The notes under the pieces: model-generated
Told to the model about the DNA's origin: nothing
Databases searched by the model: none
What the model saw: only the letters and a program-made list of their open reading frames with translations
Program-made: the position numbers and the translations under genes
Shown here: piece by piece, positions 22,787 to 35,206 of the stretch
How positions within the stretch are numbered: position 1 is the stretch's first letter
Layout of the letters: every line of letters starts with the position of its first letter
Assembly (NCBI GenBank): GCA_963752475.1
Contig: CAVVYR010000006.1
Location: 256,001 to 320,000 of the forward strand
From: an uncultured Chloroflexia bacterium
Lineage (GTDB): Bacteria > Chloroflexota > Limnocylindria > Limnocylindrales > CSP1-4
Reading direction: 5' to 3'
Length of the DNA: 64,000 nucleotides

Positions 22787-22867
22787 CGTGGGCGTACCGA
22801 CCGCTCCCGACCCCACCAGACCGACCCGGACCATCCTCGCGACCGCGAGCAGGACCAACGGGCCCGG

Positions 22868-22897
22868 TGGACACGTCACCGCGGAACCGTGTAGAGT
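22868..22897 (+). promoter_or_regulatory. Putative sigma70-type promoter of the ilv-leu leader
   Basis: TGGACA, 18 nt, TAGAGT. Confidence 0.45.
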
Positions 22898-22935
22898 CCG
22901 CGACACGTCTCTACAGGAAGGAGCCTTCTCCACAG

Positions 22936-23121
22936 ATGGGCCAGACCGACCGGCAGCGCAACTACGCCGCTCTCGCGATCCGCGAAGACGGTACGCGTGT
23001 GCCCGTCAACCTGCCCCAGCCTGTAGAGGTATCCATTCTTGGCAAGCTTGAGGACGTAGTCCTTGAGCTTATCGGCCTTATTACCGGCTCCCGGTGGGAG
23101 CCTGGGGACAGGCGGAGATAG
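22936..23121 (+). CDS. Putative ilv/leu attenuation leader peptide (61 aa)
   Basis: RBS AGGAAGGAG; segment VEVSILGKLEDVVLELIGLIT encoded with GTA, ATT and CTT codons that are rare in the flanking genes. Confidence 0.75.
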   Translation: MGQTDRQRNYAALAIREDGTRVPVNLPQPVEVSILGKLEDVVLELIGLITGSRWEPGDRRR

Positions 23122-23156
23122 CGCCGCGCGGCGCGAAGGACGTCGAAATCACCCAG

Positions 23157-23190
23157 GACCCTCGCCGGGAACGGCGAGGGTCTTTGTTGT
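23157..23190 (+). terminator. Intrinsic terminator (attenuator) upstream of ilvB
   Basis: GACCCTCGCCG-ggaa-CGGCGAGGGTC followed by TTTGTTGT. Confidence 0.85.
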
Positions 23191-23262
23191 GTCAGGACGT
23201 GATCACCCAGGACGACATCGACGAGCAGAAGCGAGCACCGAGCAAAGGGAAGGGCAGCACCC

Positions 23263-25146
23263 ATGACCACCGAGAAGATGCAGGACAGCGCGGCGACGCC
23301 GCAGGCTGGAGCGCGACCGCAGCGCGGGCGACACCTGCCCAAGTCCTCCGAGACGGAGGCCATCGAACGCGCGCGCGCCGACATGCTCCAGCAGGGCCGA
23401 ATCGGCGAGCGTGATCGCATCGGTGCCGACGCGCTCTGCGAGGCCCTCATCCACCAGGGTGTCGATGTCCTGTTCGGCTACCCCGGGGGCGTGATCCTGC
23501 CGCTCTACGACGTCTGGGCCGACTACCCCGAGCTTCGCACCATCCTCGTCCGCCACGAGCAGGGAGCCGCACATGCTGCCGACGGCTACGCTCGCGCCAG
23601 CGGTCGCGTCGGTGTCTGTCTTGGTACCTCAGGTCCGGGTGCCACCAACCTGGTCACCGGTATCGCCACAGCCCAGCTCGACTCGGTGCCGATGGTCGCG
23701 CTCACGGGCAACGTCCCCGGCGCGCTGCTGGGCAAGGACGCCTTCCAGGAGATCGACATCAGCGGCATCACGCTGCCGATGACCAAGCACAACTACCTCG
23801 TGCGCAACGCCGACGACATCCCGCGCGTCATCGCCGAGGCCTTCCACATCGCTCGCACCGGGCGCCCTGGCCCGGTCCACGTCGACTTCACCAAGGACGC
23901 GCTCACGGCTGAGACGCAGGCCCAGAACCCGACCGAGCTGAACCTGCCCGGCTTCAAGCCGCGGGTCGAGGGCCACCCCCGCCAGGTCAAGCTCGCGGCC
24001 AAGGCCATCGCCGAGGCCAAGCGACCGGTCATCCTCGCCGGCCACGGCGTCCTCATCGCCGACGCCACCGAGGAGCTCAGGACGTTCGCGCACAAGGCGC
24101 AGATCCCCGTCACCTGGACGCTCCTGGGAGTCGGCGACATCCCCGAGGACGATCCGCTGGCCTACGGTTACATGGGCATGCATGGCTGGAAGCACGTCAA
24201 CAAGGCCATCCAGTCGTCCGACCTGCTCATCGCCCTGGGCATGCGCTTCGACGACCGCGTCACCGGCTCGGTCAGCACCTACGCGCCCAACGCCCAGATC
24301 GTCCATGTCGACATCGACCCCAGCGAGATCGGCAAGAACGTGGCCGTCGACATCCCCATCGTGGGTGACGTCGGCAACGTCCTGCGCTCATTCATCAAGG
24401 CCGTCCCCGAGGTCGACCCGGCCACGCGCGAGGAGTACTTCGCCGAGCTGGCCCAGTGGCGCGAGGACTCGCAGTCCATCTCCTGGCACGGCTCGGGCGG
24501 ATGGAAGGAGGGTCTGCTCACGGCCGATCACGTGATGCAGCGCCTGGGCGAGTTGACCGATCACGACGCCACCGTCGTGTCCGACGTGGGCCAGCACCAG
24601 ATGTGGCTGGCTCGCTATTACGGCTTCAAGCGCCCCGACAGCCACCTTAGCTCCGGCGGCCTGGGCACGATGGGCTTCGGCCTGCCCGCGGCCATGGGTG
24701 CCGCGCTCGGTCGGCCGGACAAGGAGACCTGGGCGGTCGTAGGCGACGGCGGTTTCCAGATGACCATCCAGGAGCTGCTGACCACGGTGGTCGACGACAT
24801 CCCCGTGAAGATCTGCCTCATGGACAACAAGAAGCTGGGCATGATCCGCCAGTGGCAGGAGATCGTCTATGGCGGCAACTACCACTCCAGCGACCTGCCC
24901 GCCCCGCAGTGGGACAAGCTGGCCGAGGCTTACGGCATGCCCACCTTCAAGGCCAGCTCGCCCGAGCAGGTCGATGAAGCCATCCGCGGAGCCCAGGCCC
25001 ACGACGGGCCGGCGCTGGTGTGGATGGAGATCGAGCAGACCCAGAACGTGATGCCGATGATGCCCGCCGGCAAGGGCCTCTCAGACCTCCTCGAGGGCTA
25101 CGGCGCCACCGGCAAGCCAGCCGAGGAAGAGGAAGAGGGCAAGTAG
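23263..25146 (+). CDS. ilvB: Acetolactate synthase large subunit
   Basis: FGYPGG, RHEQGA, TSGPGATN, RFDDRVTG, SGGLGTMG, GDGGFQM and LGMIRQWQ. Confidence 0.96.
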   Translation: MTTEKMQDSAATPQAGARPQRGRHLPKSSETEAIERARADMLQQGRIGERDRIGADALCEALIHQGVDVLFGYPGGVILPLYDVWADYPELRTILVRHEQGAAHAADGYARASGRVGVCLGTSGPGATNLVTGIATAQLDSVPMVALTGNVPGALLGKDAFQEIDISGITLPMTKHNYLVRNADDIPRVIAEAFHIARTGRPGPVHVDFTKDALTAETQAQNPTELNLPGFKPRVEGHPRQVKLAAKAIAEAKRPVILAGHGVLIADATEELRTFAHKAQIPVTWTLLGVGDIPEDDPLAYGYMGMHGWKHVNKAIQSSDLLIALGMRFDDRVTGSVSTYAPNAQIVHVDIDPSEIGKNVAVDIPIVGDVGNVLRSFIKAVPEVDPATREEYFAELAQWREDSQSISWHGSGGWKEGLLTADHVMQRLGELTDHDATVVSDVGQHQMWLARYYGFKRPDSHLSSGGLGTMGFGLPAAMGAALGRPDKETWAVVGDGGFQMTIQELLTTVVDDIPVKICLMDNKKLGMIRQWQEIVYGGNYHSSDLPAPQWDKLAEAYGMPTFKASSPEQVDEAIRGAQAHDGPALVWMEIEQTQNVMPMMPAGKGLSDLLEGYGATGKPAEEEEEGK

Positions 25147-25148
25147 CC

Positions 25149-25784
25149 ATGGCCATGAACGATCCCATCTCCGCACCGGTCAAGAACGCGGCCAAGGCTC
25201 GCCAGGTCCCAGGTACGGGCAACGAGCTCCACCGCCACGTGCTGGTGGTGCTGGTCAACAACCAGCCCGGCGTCCTCAACCGCGTCAGCAGCATGGTCCG
25301 CAGTCGCAACTTCAACATCGAGTCGCTGGCCGTGGGCCATACCGAGCGACCCGATATCAGCCGCATGACCGTCACGCTCCGGGGCGACGACTTCGCCGTC
25401 GAGCAGATGGGCAAGCAGCTCTATCGCCTGATCGATGTGCTCAAGGTGCAGGACCTGCCCGAGTCGGGCGTGGTCGAGCACGAGCTGGCGCTCATCAAGG
25501 TGCGTGCCACCGAGTCCAAGCGCAGCGAGATCCTGCGCATCATCGAGCTCTACAAGGGCCGCGTCCTCGACGTCGGTCCCGAAACCGTCATCATCGAACA
25601 CAGCGGCACCGAGCAGGAGATCGACTCGCTCGTGGCGCTGCTCGGCGGCTTCGGCATCAAGGAGATGGTGCGCACCGGCACCATCGCCCTCGGCCGTGGC
25701 TCCGGTGCCATCGACCTTGACGCCATCCTTCGTGCCGGCCCCGAGCCGGCCGTCGTGCCCACACGCGAAGCCGCCACCGAGTAG
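25149..25784 (+). CDS. ilvN: Acetolactate synthase small (regulatory) subunit
   Basis: NQPGVLNRV, FNIESL, QLYRLIDV and EMVRTG ACT-domain motifs. Confidence 0.95.
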   Translation: MAMNDPISAPVKNAAKARQVPGTGNELHRHVLVVLVNNQPGVLNRVSSMVRSRNFNIESLAVGHTERPDISRMTVTLRGDDFAVEQMGKQLYRLIDVLKVQDLPESGVVEHELALIKVRATESKRSEILRIIELYKGRVLDVGPETVIIEHSGTEQEIDSLVALLGGFGIKEMVRTGTIALGRGSGAIDLDAILRAGPEPAVVPTREAATE

Positions 25785-25799
25785 GAGGGAAACCCGAAC

Positions 25800-26869
<1,070 letters not shown>

Positions 26870-26873
<4 letters not shown>

Positions 26874-28483
26874 TGACAGCGGACGTACCAGTACGGATCT
26901 TCGATACCACCCTGCGTGACGGGGAGCAGGCGCCGGGCGCCGGACTCACCGTCAGCGAGAAGGTGGAGGTCGCGCGCCAGCTGGCCAAGCTGAACGTGGA
27001 CGTCATCGAGGCCGGCTTCCCGGCCGCATCGCCCGGCGACTTCGAGGCTGTCAACACCATCGCCCGGGAGACCAAGGGCATCGCTGTCGCCGGCCTCGCC
27101 CGCTGCAAGGACGGCGATCCCCAGCGGGGCGTGGAAGCGCTGCTGCCGGCCGAGAAGCCGCACCTGCACCTCTTCATCGCGACCAGCGACATCCACCTCA
27201 AGCACAAGCTGAGGATCTCCCGCGAGGAGGCCCTGAAGGCCGCCGTCGAATGGGTCAGCTACGCACGCAAGCGCCTGGGTCCCGACGCCGAGATCGAGTT
27301 CAGCGCCGAGGACGCCAGCCGGACCGAGCACGAGTACCTCTTCAAGGTCTACGAGGCCGTCGTGGACGCCGGTGCGACCACCGTCAACATCCCTGACACC
27401 GTGGGCTACGCCATCCCCTCCGAGTTCGGTGACCTCACTTCGCAGGTCGTCGAGCGCGTCGGCTCCGGCGCCGTCGTCTCGGTCCACTGCCACAACGACC
27501 TGGGCCTGGCCACGGCCAACACCCTGGCCGCGGTGCAGGCCGGTGCCCGCCAGGTGGAGGTCACCATCAACGGCCTCGGCGAGCGTGCCGGCAACGCCTC
27601 GCTCGAAGAGGTGGTCATGGCCCTGCGCACCCGCCCCACCGAGTTCCAGGTGGCGGGCCATGGCATCAACACCGAGCACATCAGCAACGCCAGCCGGCTG
27701 GTCAGCCACCTGACCGGCTTCTCGGTCCAGCCCAACAAGGCCATCGTCGGCCGCAACGCCTTCGCGCATGAGTCGGGCATCCACCAGGACGGCGTGCTCA
27801 AGAACGCGCTGACCTACGAGATCATGACCCCGCAGTCGGTGGGTCTCTCCGGCTCCCGCCTGTCGGTGGGCAAGCTGTCCGGCCGCCGCGGCCTCCAGGG
27901 CAAGCTGGCCGAGCTGGGCTACGAGGTCGACGGCGAGGCGCTCGACGTCATCTACCGCCAGGCCATCGCCCTCGCCGACACCAAGAAGGAAGTCACCGAC
28001 GCTGACCTCAGCGCGCTCGTCGAGGCCCAGGCCTCGGGCTCCGGCACGGCCGAGGAGGAGGCATCGGGTTCGCCCGTGCAGTTGGTGGACTGGTCCATCA
28101 GCTCGGGCAAGGGCGGAGTCGCCAAGGGCGCGGTCTCCCTTCTCGTGAACGGCCGGGCCGTGGAGGCCATGGCTGAGGGCAACGGCCCGGTCAACGCGCT
28201 CTTCGTGGCCGTGGACAAGGCCGTCGAGCCGGTCATCGGTTGGCACCCCGCGCTGGCCGAGTACGAGATCCGCGCGGTCTCGGAAGGCGAGGATGCCCAG
28301 GGCGCCGTGATGGTTCGCGCCCGTCGCTCGGTCGAGCCCGAGGAGACGGCCGAGACCGTCAACGGTCACGGTCTTTCGACCAACATCATCGAAGCCTCGC
28401 TGGAGGCCTACCTGGCCGGGCTGGAGAGGCTCATCGGCCGCGAGCCGGCGTCGACCGAAGCCAAGAAGGAGACACTCGTTTGA
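26870..28483 (+). CDS. leuA: 2-isopropylmalate synthase
   Basis: [31 protein letters not shown] and a C-terminal regulatory domain. Confidence 0.95.
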
Positions 28484-29607
28484 GCCAGGAAGGCACGCCC
28501 ACGTACAACGTCGTCAAGATCCCCGGCGACGGCATCGGACCGGAGATCGTCGACGCCTCGCTGACCGTCCTCGACGCCACGGCCGAGAAGTTCGGCTTCG
28601 ACATCAAGTGGACGGAGGTGCTCGCCGGCGGCATCGCCATCGACGCCTACGGCGAGGCCGTGCGCGACGAGGATCTCGACGTGATGCTCAAGAGCGACGC
28701 CGTCTTCCTGGGTGCGGTCGGCGGCCCCAAGTGGGACGACCCCGCAGCCGCGGTCCGCCCCGAGCAGGGCCTGCTCAAGATCCGCAAGACATTGGGACTC
28801 TACGCCAACCTGCGCCCGGTCTCGGTGGAGCCGTCCTTGAAGGAGTCCTCGCCGCTGCGTGCGGACCTCATCGAGGGCGTGGACATGATGATCGTGCGCG
28901 AGCTCACCGGCGGCATCTACTTCGGCAAGCGCGAGGAGATGTTCGACGGCCCCAACGGCCGCGAGGCCTACGACACGATGTCCTACACCGAGCCGGAGGT
29001 GCGGCGCATCGTCGACCTCGCCTTCGGGCTCGCCCAGCAACGCCGCAAGAAGCTGACCAGCGTGGACAAGGCCAACGTCCTCGCCAACAGCCGCCTGTGG
29101 CACGCGGTCGTCGAGGAGATCGCACCCAGCTACCCGGACGTCGAGTTGGAGCACCGCCTCGTCGACTCCACGGCCATGTCGCTCATCACCAAGCCGGCCT
29201 CGTTCGACGTCATCGTCACCGGCAACATGTTCGGCGACATCCTCAGCGACGAGGCCTCGGTCCTCGCCGGCTCCCTGGGCATGCTGCCCAGCGCCTCGGT
29301 CGGTGAGCTCGAGACCGCTCACGGCCGCATCGGCATGTACGAGCCCATCCACGGCTCGAGCCCGGCCAAGACCGGCCTCGACATCGCCAACCCCACCGCC
29401 ACCATCCTGTCGGCAGCGATGATGCTGCGCTGGTCCCTGGGCCAGGCCGCGGCCGCCGACGCCATCGAGACCGCTGTCCGCGCCACGCTCGACAGCGGGA
29501 CTCGCACGAAGGACCTCATGGGGTCCAACGGCGAGGCCCGCGGTTGGGTCAGCGTCGGCACCGCCGCCTTCGGCGAGGCCGTGGCAGCGCAGCTCAAGTC
29601 CGCCTAG
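28480..29607 (+). CDS. leuB: 3-isopropylmalate dehydrogenase
   Basis: PGDGIGPE, GAVGGPKW, RELTGGIYFG, DKANV, NMFGDILSDE and EPIHGS; TTG start overlapping the leuA stop after AAGGAG. Confidence 0.95.
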   Translation: MSQEGTPTYNVVKIPGDGIGPEIVDASLTVLDATAEKFGFDIKWTEVLAGGIAIDAYGEAVRDEDLDVMLKSDAVFLGAVGGPKWDDPAAAVRPEQGLLKIRKTLGLYANLRPVSVEPSLKESSPLRADLIEGVDMMIVRELTGGIYFGKREEMFDGPNGREAYDTMSYTEPEVRRIVDLAFGLAQQRRKKLTSVDKANVLANSRLWHAVVEEIAPSYPDVELEHRLVDSTAMSLITKPASFDVIVTGNMFGDILSDEASVLAGSLGMLPSASVGELETAHGRIGMYEPIHGSSPAKTGLDIANPTATILSAAMMLRWSLGQAAAADAIETAVRATLDSGTRTKDLMGSNGEARGWVSVGTAAFGEAVAAQLKSA

Positions 29608-29637
29608 CCAGCCAGCCGAGACCACGGGGAGAGCAAC

Positions 29638-31278
<1,641 letters not shown>

Positions 31279-31281
31279 GCC

Positions 31282-31782
31282 ATGAGCGAGCAGAACCTCA
31301 AGCCAGGGAACGTGGTCAACGTTCCCGAGCGGCTGACTATCACGCGCGGGCAGCTGGTGTATGTCGGCTGGACGCTGACGCTGTTGGCCTACGTCGTGGT
31401 GCTCAACCTGTGGGTCGAGTTCAACGACAAGGTCGTCATCGACTCCTTCGTGCTCTCGATCGCCGTGGCCGTGGTGCTGCTCGCGCTGCTGGTCGTCATC
31501 CTCGGGCTCGAGCATCGCGTGAAGGAGTGGTTCGCCCTGCGTGAGGGCACGGTCTACCGCGTGCTCGGTACGGCCTCGACGCTGCTCATCCTCTTCCTCA
31601 GCAAGTTCGTCATCCTCGAGGTCGTGGACATCATCTTCGGCGAGCACGTGGAACTGGGCAGCTTCGTGGACGTGCTGCTGCTCGTGCTCCTGCTCATCGT
31701 GGCGCAGAGGGTCATGGTCCTGGTGTGGGACAAGCTCGGTGACCGCGGAAGTGCCGCCAACGAGGGCATGCTCAGCGAGTAG
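31282..31782 (+). CDS. Hypothetical membrane protein (about 4 TM)
   Basis: Four hydrophobic segments; starts 3 nt after cimA. Confidence 0.8.
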   Translation: MSEQNLKPGNVVNVPERLTITRGQLVYVGWTLTLLAYVVVLNLWVEFNDKVVIDSFVLSIAVAVVLLALLVVILGLEHRVKEWFALREGTVYRVLGTASTLLILFLSKFVILEVVDIIFGEHVELGSFVDVLLLVLLLIVAQRVMVLVWDKLGDRGSAANEGMLSE

Positions 31783-31820
31783 GCCCATCCCTCGCAGGGG
31801 CCGGACGCTAGGCTTGGGCG

Positions 31821-32693
31821 ATGAGCTCTGACACGCCGCTGCGAGTGGCCTATGCCGGTGCGCCCGGCTCGTTCGCCGAAGACGCGGTGCTGGCCGCGTT
31901 TCCCGCGGCGGAGGCCGTGCCGGTGCCGATGTTCGGTGACGTCACCAAGGCCGTCGAGGCGGGCCAGGTCGCGGCCGGCGTGCTACCCATCGAGAACGTG
32001 GTCGGTGGAGGCGTGCGCGAGGTCTACGACCTGCTCGACGACACCGAGGCCACCATCACCGGCGAGGTCATCGTGCCCGTGCGCCTGTGCCTGGCCGGCC
32101 TGCCGGGCGACCGACTCGAGGATATCGAGCGGGTGTACTCGCATATCCAGGCGCTGACCCAGGCGGAGCCATTCCTGCGCTCACGCGAGTGGACGCTGCT
32201 GGCCGCCACCAACACCGCCGCCTCGGGTCGCGAGATCAGCCGGCTGCAGGAGCACGGTTCCGCGGCCGTCCTGTCGCCACGCGCGGCGGCCCTCCATGGG
32301 CTCGCGATCCTGGCCGAGGACATCCAGGCCGAGCGGCGCAACCGCACACGCTTCCTGGTCATGGCCATGCCCCATAGCGACGGGCTGCCGGCCCCGTCCA
32401 GCGCCCAGCCCGACGGCGCCCGCCGCTCGACGCTGGCCTTCTCCGTGCGCAACGAGTCAGGCACGCTGGTGCGGGCCCTGAGCATCATCGCCGACCACCG
32501 CATCAACATGACCAAGCTGGAGTCGCGACCCAGCCGCGAGGGCGCCTGGAACTACGTCTTCTGGGTCGATGTCGACAGCGACGTCTGCGACGCGGGCGGA
32601 CCGGGCGCGGCCTTCCTCGACGACTTGCGTTCGGTCTGCGTATGGGTGCGGGTGATGGGCTGCTATCCCCGCTGCGTGGAGCCGGACATCTAG
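31821..32693 (+). CDS. pheA: Prephenate dehydratase
   Basis: VAYAG.PGSF.E, PIEN, SH.QAL.Q, NRTRF and INMTKLESRP. Confidence 0.93.
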   Translation: MSSDTPLRVAYAGAPGSFAEDAVLAAFPAAEAVPVPMFGDVTKAVEAGQVAAGVLPIENVVGGGVREVYDLLDDTEATITGEVIVPVRLCLAGLPGDRLEDIERVYSHIQALTQAEPFLRSREWTLLAATNTAASGREISRLQEHGSAAVLSPRAAALHGLAILAEDIQAERRNRTRFLVMAMPHSDGLPAPSSAQPDGARRSTLAFSVRNESGTLVRALSIIADHRINMTKLESRPSREGAWNYVFWVDVDSDVCDAGGPGAAFLDDLRSVCVWVRVMGCYPRCVEPDI

Positions 32694-32701
32694 GGGCGTC
32701 C

Positions 32702-33781
32702 ATGCGAGCGGTCCTCTTCGAACGGTTCGGCCAGCGGCCGCGGCTGACCACGCTGCCAGACCCGGAGCCGCCGCCGCACGGCGCGGTCATCGCGGTGCGT
32801 GCCACGGGCGTCTGTCGCAGCGACTGGCACGGCTGGAAGGGCCATGACGACGGCATCGAGCTGCCGCATGTGCCGGGCCACGAGTTCGCGGGTGTCGTGG
32901 CCGCTGTCGGTCCGGGCGTGCGGCGCTTCGGGGGAGGGGAGCGTGTGACGACCCCGTTCGTCAGTGGCTGCGGCACCTGTCCAGAGTGCCTCGCCGGCGA
33001 TGAGCAGGTATGCCGCGACCAGACGCAGCCGGGCTTCACCCACTGGGGCTCGTTCGCCGAGTACGTCGTGGTCCACCATGCGGACCTCAACCTCGTGCCG
33101 CTGCCCGAGACCATCGACGACGTCGCGGCGGCCACTCTCGGGTGTCGGGTGGTGACCGCCTTCCGGGCGATCGTGGACCAGGCCGAGCTGGCGTCGGGCG
33201 AGTGGTTGGCGGTACAGGGCTGTGGCGGCGTCGGCCTCTCGGCGGTGATGATCGGAGCCGCACTTGGTGCCCGCGTCGTGGCGGTCGACATCGAGCCTGC
33301 GGCGCTGGCGCTGGCGCGCGAACTCGGCGCCCAGGTCACGCTCGATGCCGGGCGTATCGACGACGTGGCCACGGCCGTCATGGACGCCACCGACGGCGGC
33401 GCGCACGTGTCCATCGATGCCCTCGGCCAGCCCGAGACCTGCGTCGCCTCCGTCCGGAGCCTCCGACGGCGCGGACGGCATGTACAGGTGGGGCTGCTGC
33501 TGGGTGATCGGTCGACGCCACCGATCCCCATGGACCGCGTGGTGGCCCACGAGTTGCGCATCTACGGCAGCCACGGGATGCAGGCGAGGCGCTACGACGC
33601 CCTGCTCGAGCTCATCGTCTCGGGCCGCCTCGATCCCTCGCGGTTGGTCGGTCGCACGGTCACGCTCGAGGCGTCGATCGCGGTGCTGATGTCGATGGAT
33701 CGTCCGGGGGCGGCCGGCGTGACCGTCGTGAGTGGCCTGTCGCCAACGTCATCGGAGTGTTGCGTACCCACGTCAGACTGA
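32702..33781 (+). CDS. Zn-dependent alcohol dehydrogenase family protein
   Basis: GVCRSD, GHEFAG, CGTCPEC..C and GCGGVG. Confidence 0.92.
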   Translation: MRAVLFERFGQRPRLTTLPDPEPPPHGAVIAVRATGVCRSDWHGWKGHDDGIELPHVPGHEFAGVVAAVGPGVRRFGGGERVTTPFVSGCGTCPECLAGDEQVCRDQTQPGFTHWGSFAEYVVVHHADLNLVPLPETIDDVAAATLGCRVVTAFRAIVDQAELASGEWLAVQGCGGVGLSAVMIGAALGARVVAVDIEPAALALARELGAQVTLDAGRIDDVATAVMDATDGGAHVSIDALGQPETCVASVRSLRRRGRHVQVGLLLGDRSTPPIPMDRVVAHELRIYGSHGMQARRYDALLELIVSGRLDPSRLVGRTVTLEASIAVLMSMDRPGAAGVTVVSGLSPTSSECCVPTSD

Positions 33782-33827
33782 GGCACAGTCGCGGTCCGCA
33801 CCCGCGCGTACCCTGCAGGAGGATCCG

Positions 33828-34034
33828 ATGAGCACGACACCCAGCACCGACGCCGGCGACGCCGGCTCGGGTAACCGACGCCGTTGGCTCATCGTCGGCG
33901 TCGTCGTGATCATCATCGTCGGGATCGCCGTGGCAGCCGTGATGTGGTGGTACTTCTACGGCCAGCCCGCTCCGGAGGCGCCGACCATCGACAACGCGCT
34001 CCAGCAGCTGCTGCCGACCGACGCGCCCGAGTAG
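33828..34034 (+). CDS. Small single-pass membrane protein (68 aa)
   Basis: TACCCT and AGGAGG upstream; RRRW followed by a hydrophobic helix. Confidence 0.7.
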   Translation: MSTTPSTDAGDAGSGNRRRWLIVGVVVIIIVGIAVAAVMWWYFYGQPAPEAPTIDNALQQLLPTDAPE

Positions 34035-34050
34035 CGCGGGAACGGGGCTC

Positions 34051-34383
34051 CTAGCGGCGCCCTCGCGCTGCGACCTCGGCGGCCGCAGAGGCCCACTCGC
34101 GCAGCTGCTCCGTGTCCTCGCGGATGGGCTCGGGCACCTCCCAGTAGGGCATGCGTGCGTGCTGCGTGGAGCCGGCGGCCTCGAAGGCCGCGGCCGTGCT
34201 CGAGTCGGCCCGCAGGTACAGGCGCCCCTCCGAGTCGACGATGGCGAACATGATCTCGTCCTTGAACATGCCGTGACCGCCGAACATCGCCCTCGACGTG
34301 ACGCCAAGTGGCGCCAGCGTCTCCTCGAGTGCGGCGGCGGCCTCGATCCCCGCGGTCCTGCCGCGGGCGCCCTTCGTGCCCAT
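34051..34383 (-). CDS. TfoX/Sxy N-terminal domain protein
   Basis: RAMFGGHG, MFAIV..LYLR and MPYWEVP. Confidence 0.85.
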   Translation of the reverse strand: MGTKGARGRTAGIEAAAALEETLAPLGVTSRAMFGGHGMFKDEIMFAIVDSEGRLYLRADSSTAAAFEAAGSTQHARMPYWEVPEPIREDTEQLREWASAAAEVAARGRR

Positions 34384-34886
34384 CAGGCCTCGGAGATGGT
34401 CACCGACTTGATCGCGACAGGCTCGACCGGGCGGTCCTGGGCTCCTGTGGGGGCGCCGGCGATAGCGTCGACGACCTCTTCACCAGCGCTGAGCTTGCCG
34501 AAGATCGTGTAGTTGGGGGGCAGGGGGTAGTCGGCGTGCATGACGAAGAACTGGCTGCCGTTGGTGTTGGCGCCGGCGTTGGCCATGGCCAGCGTGCCAC
34601 GAAGGTACTGGCGCGTGACCGGCTCGTCGTCGAAGCGGTAGCCGGGGCCACCGGTGCCGGTGCCGGTGGGATCGCCACCCTGGATCATGAAGCCGCTGAT
34701 GACGCGATGGAAGATCACGTCCGCATAGAAGCCCTCGTTGGCGAGGAAGACGAAGTTATTGACCGTGCGCGGCACTTCCGAGGCGAACAGCTGCGCGGTC
34801 ATGGTTCCGGCCGAGGTCTCGATGGTGGCCGTGTAGGTCTTGGCCGGGTCGATGACCATCTCCGGCGGGTTGGCGTACTGCGGCAC
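34383..34886 (-). CDS. Cyclophilin-type peptidyl-prolyl isomerase
   Basis: FHRVISGFMIQGGDPTGTGTGGPG and AMANAG.NTNGSQFF; GTG start after AGGAG. Confidence 0.95.
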   Translation of the reverse strand: MPQYANPPEMVIDPAKTYTATIETSAGTMTAQLFASEVPRTVNNFVFLANEGFYADVIFHRVISGFMIQGGDPTGTGTGGPGYRFDDEPVTRQYLRGTLAMANAGANTNGSQFFVMHADYPLPPNYTIFGKLSAGEEVVDAIAGAPTGAQDRPVEPVAIKSVTISEA

Positions 34887-35206
34887 GTATGCACTCCTGG
34901 TTGGTGGGTGATCGGGACAAGCGTAACCGACGTGGCGCAGTTGCCCCTGTGGCGAGCTCGGCGCTTCCGGCGGGTAGCTACGATGGCGACCACAGATCGA
35001 CGCCCGCGCCGTCGAGCGCACCGAGCGCTGGGTCGCGAGGTCCTGCGCCGGGCCATCGACGACATGACCGAGCTGAAGCTGATGGTGGTGGCGCAACCGG
35101 GCTGACTCCCGACTCCGGGGTCCTGCCCGCGGAGTGTGCGTTTCGGGTCATTCCGTGGCGGTGCGTTGAGGTGGTCGAATAGCCTGACCAGCCTCGAGCT
35201 GGGACT

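Noticed and set aside
22880-23190. T-box riboswitch before ilvB
   Set aside because: No T-box consensus (AANNAGGGTGGTACC-like) seen before the terminator; the leader-peptide model fits better.
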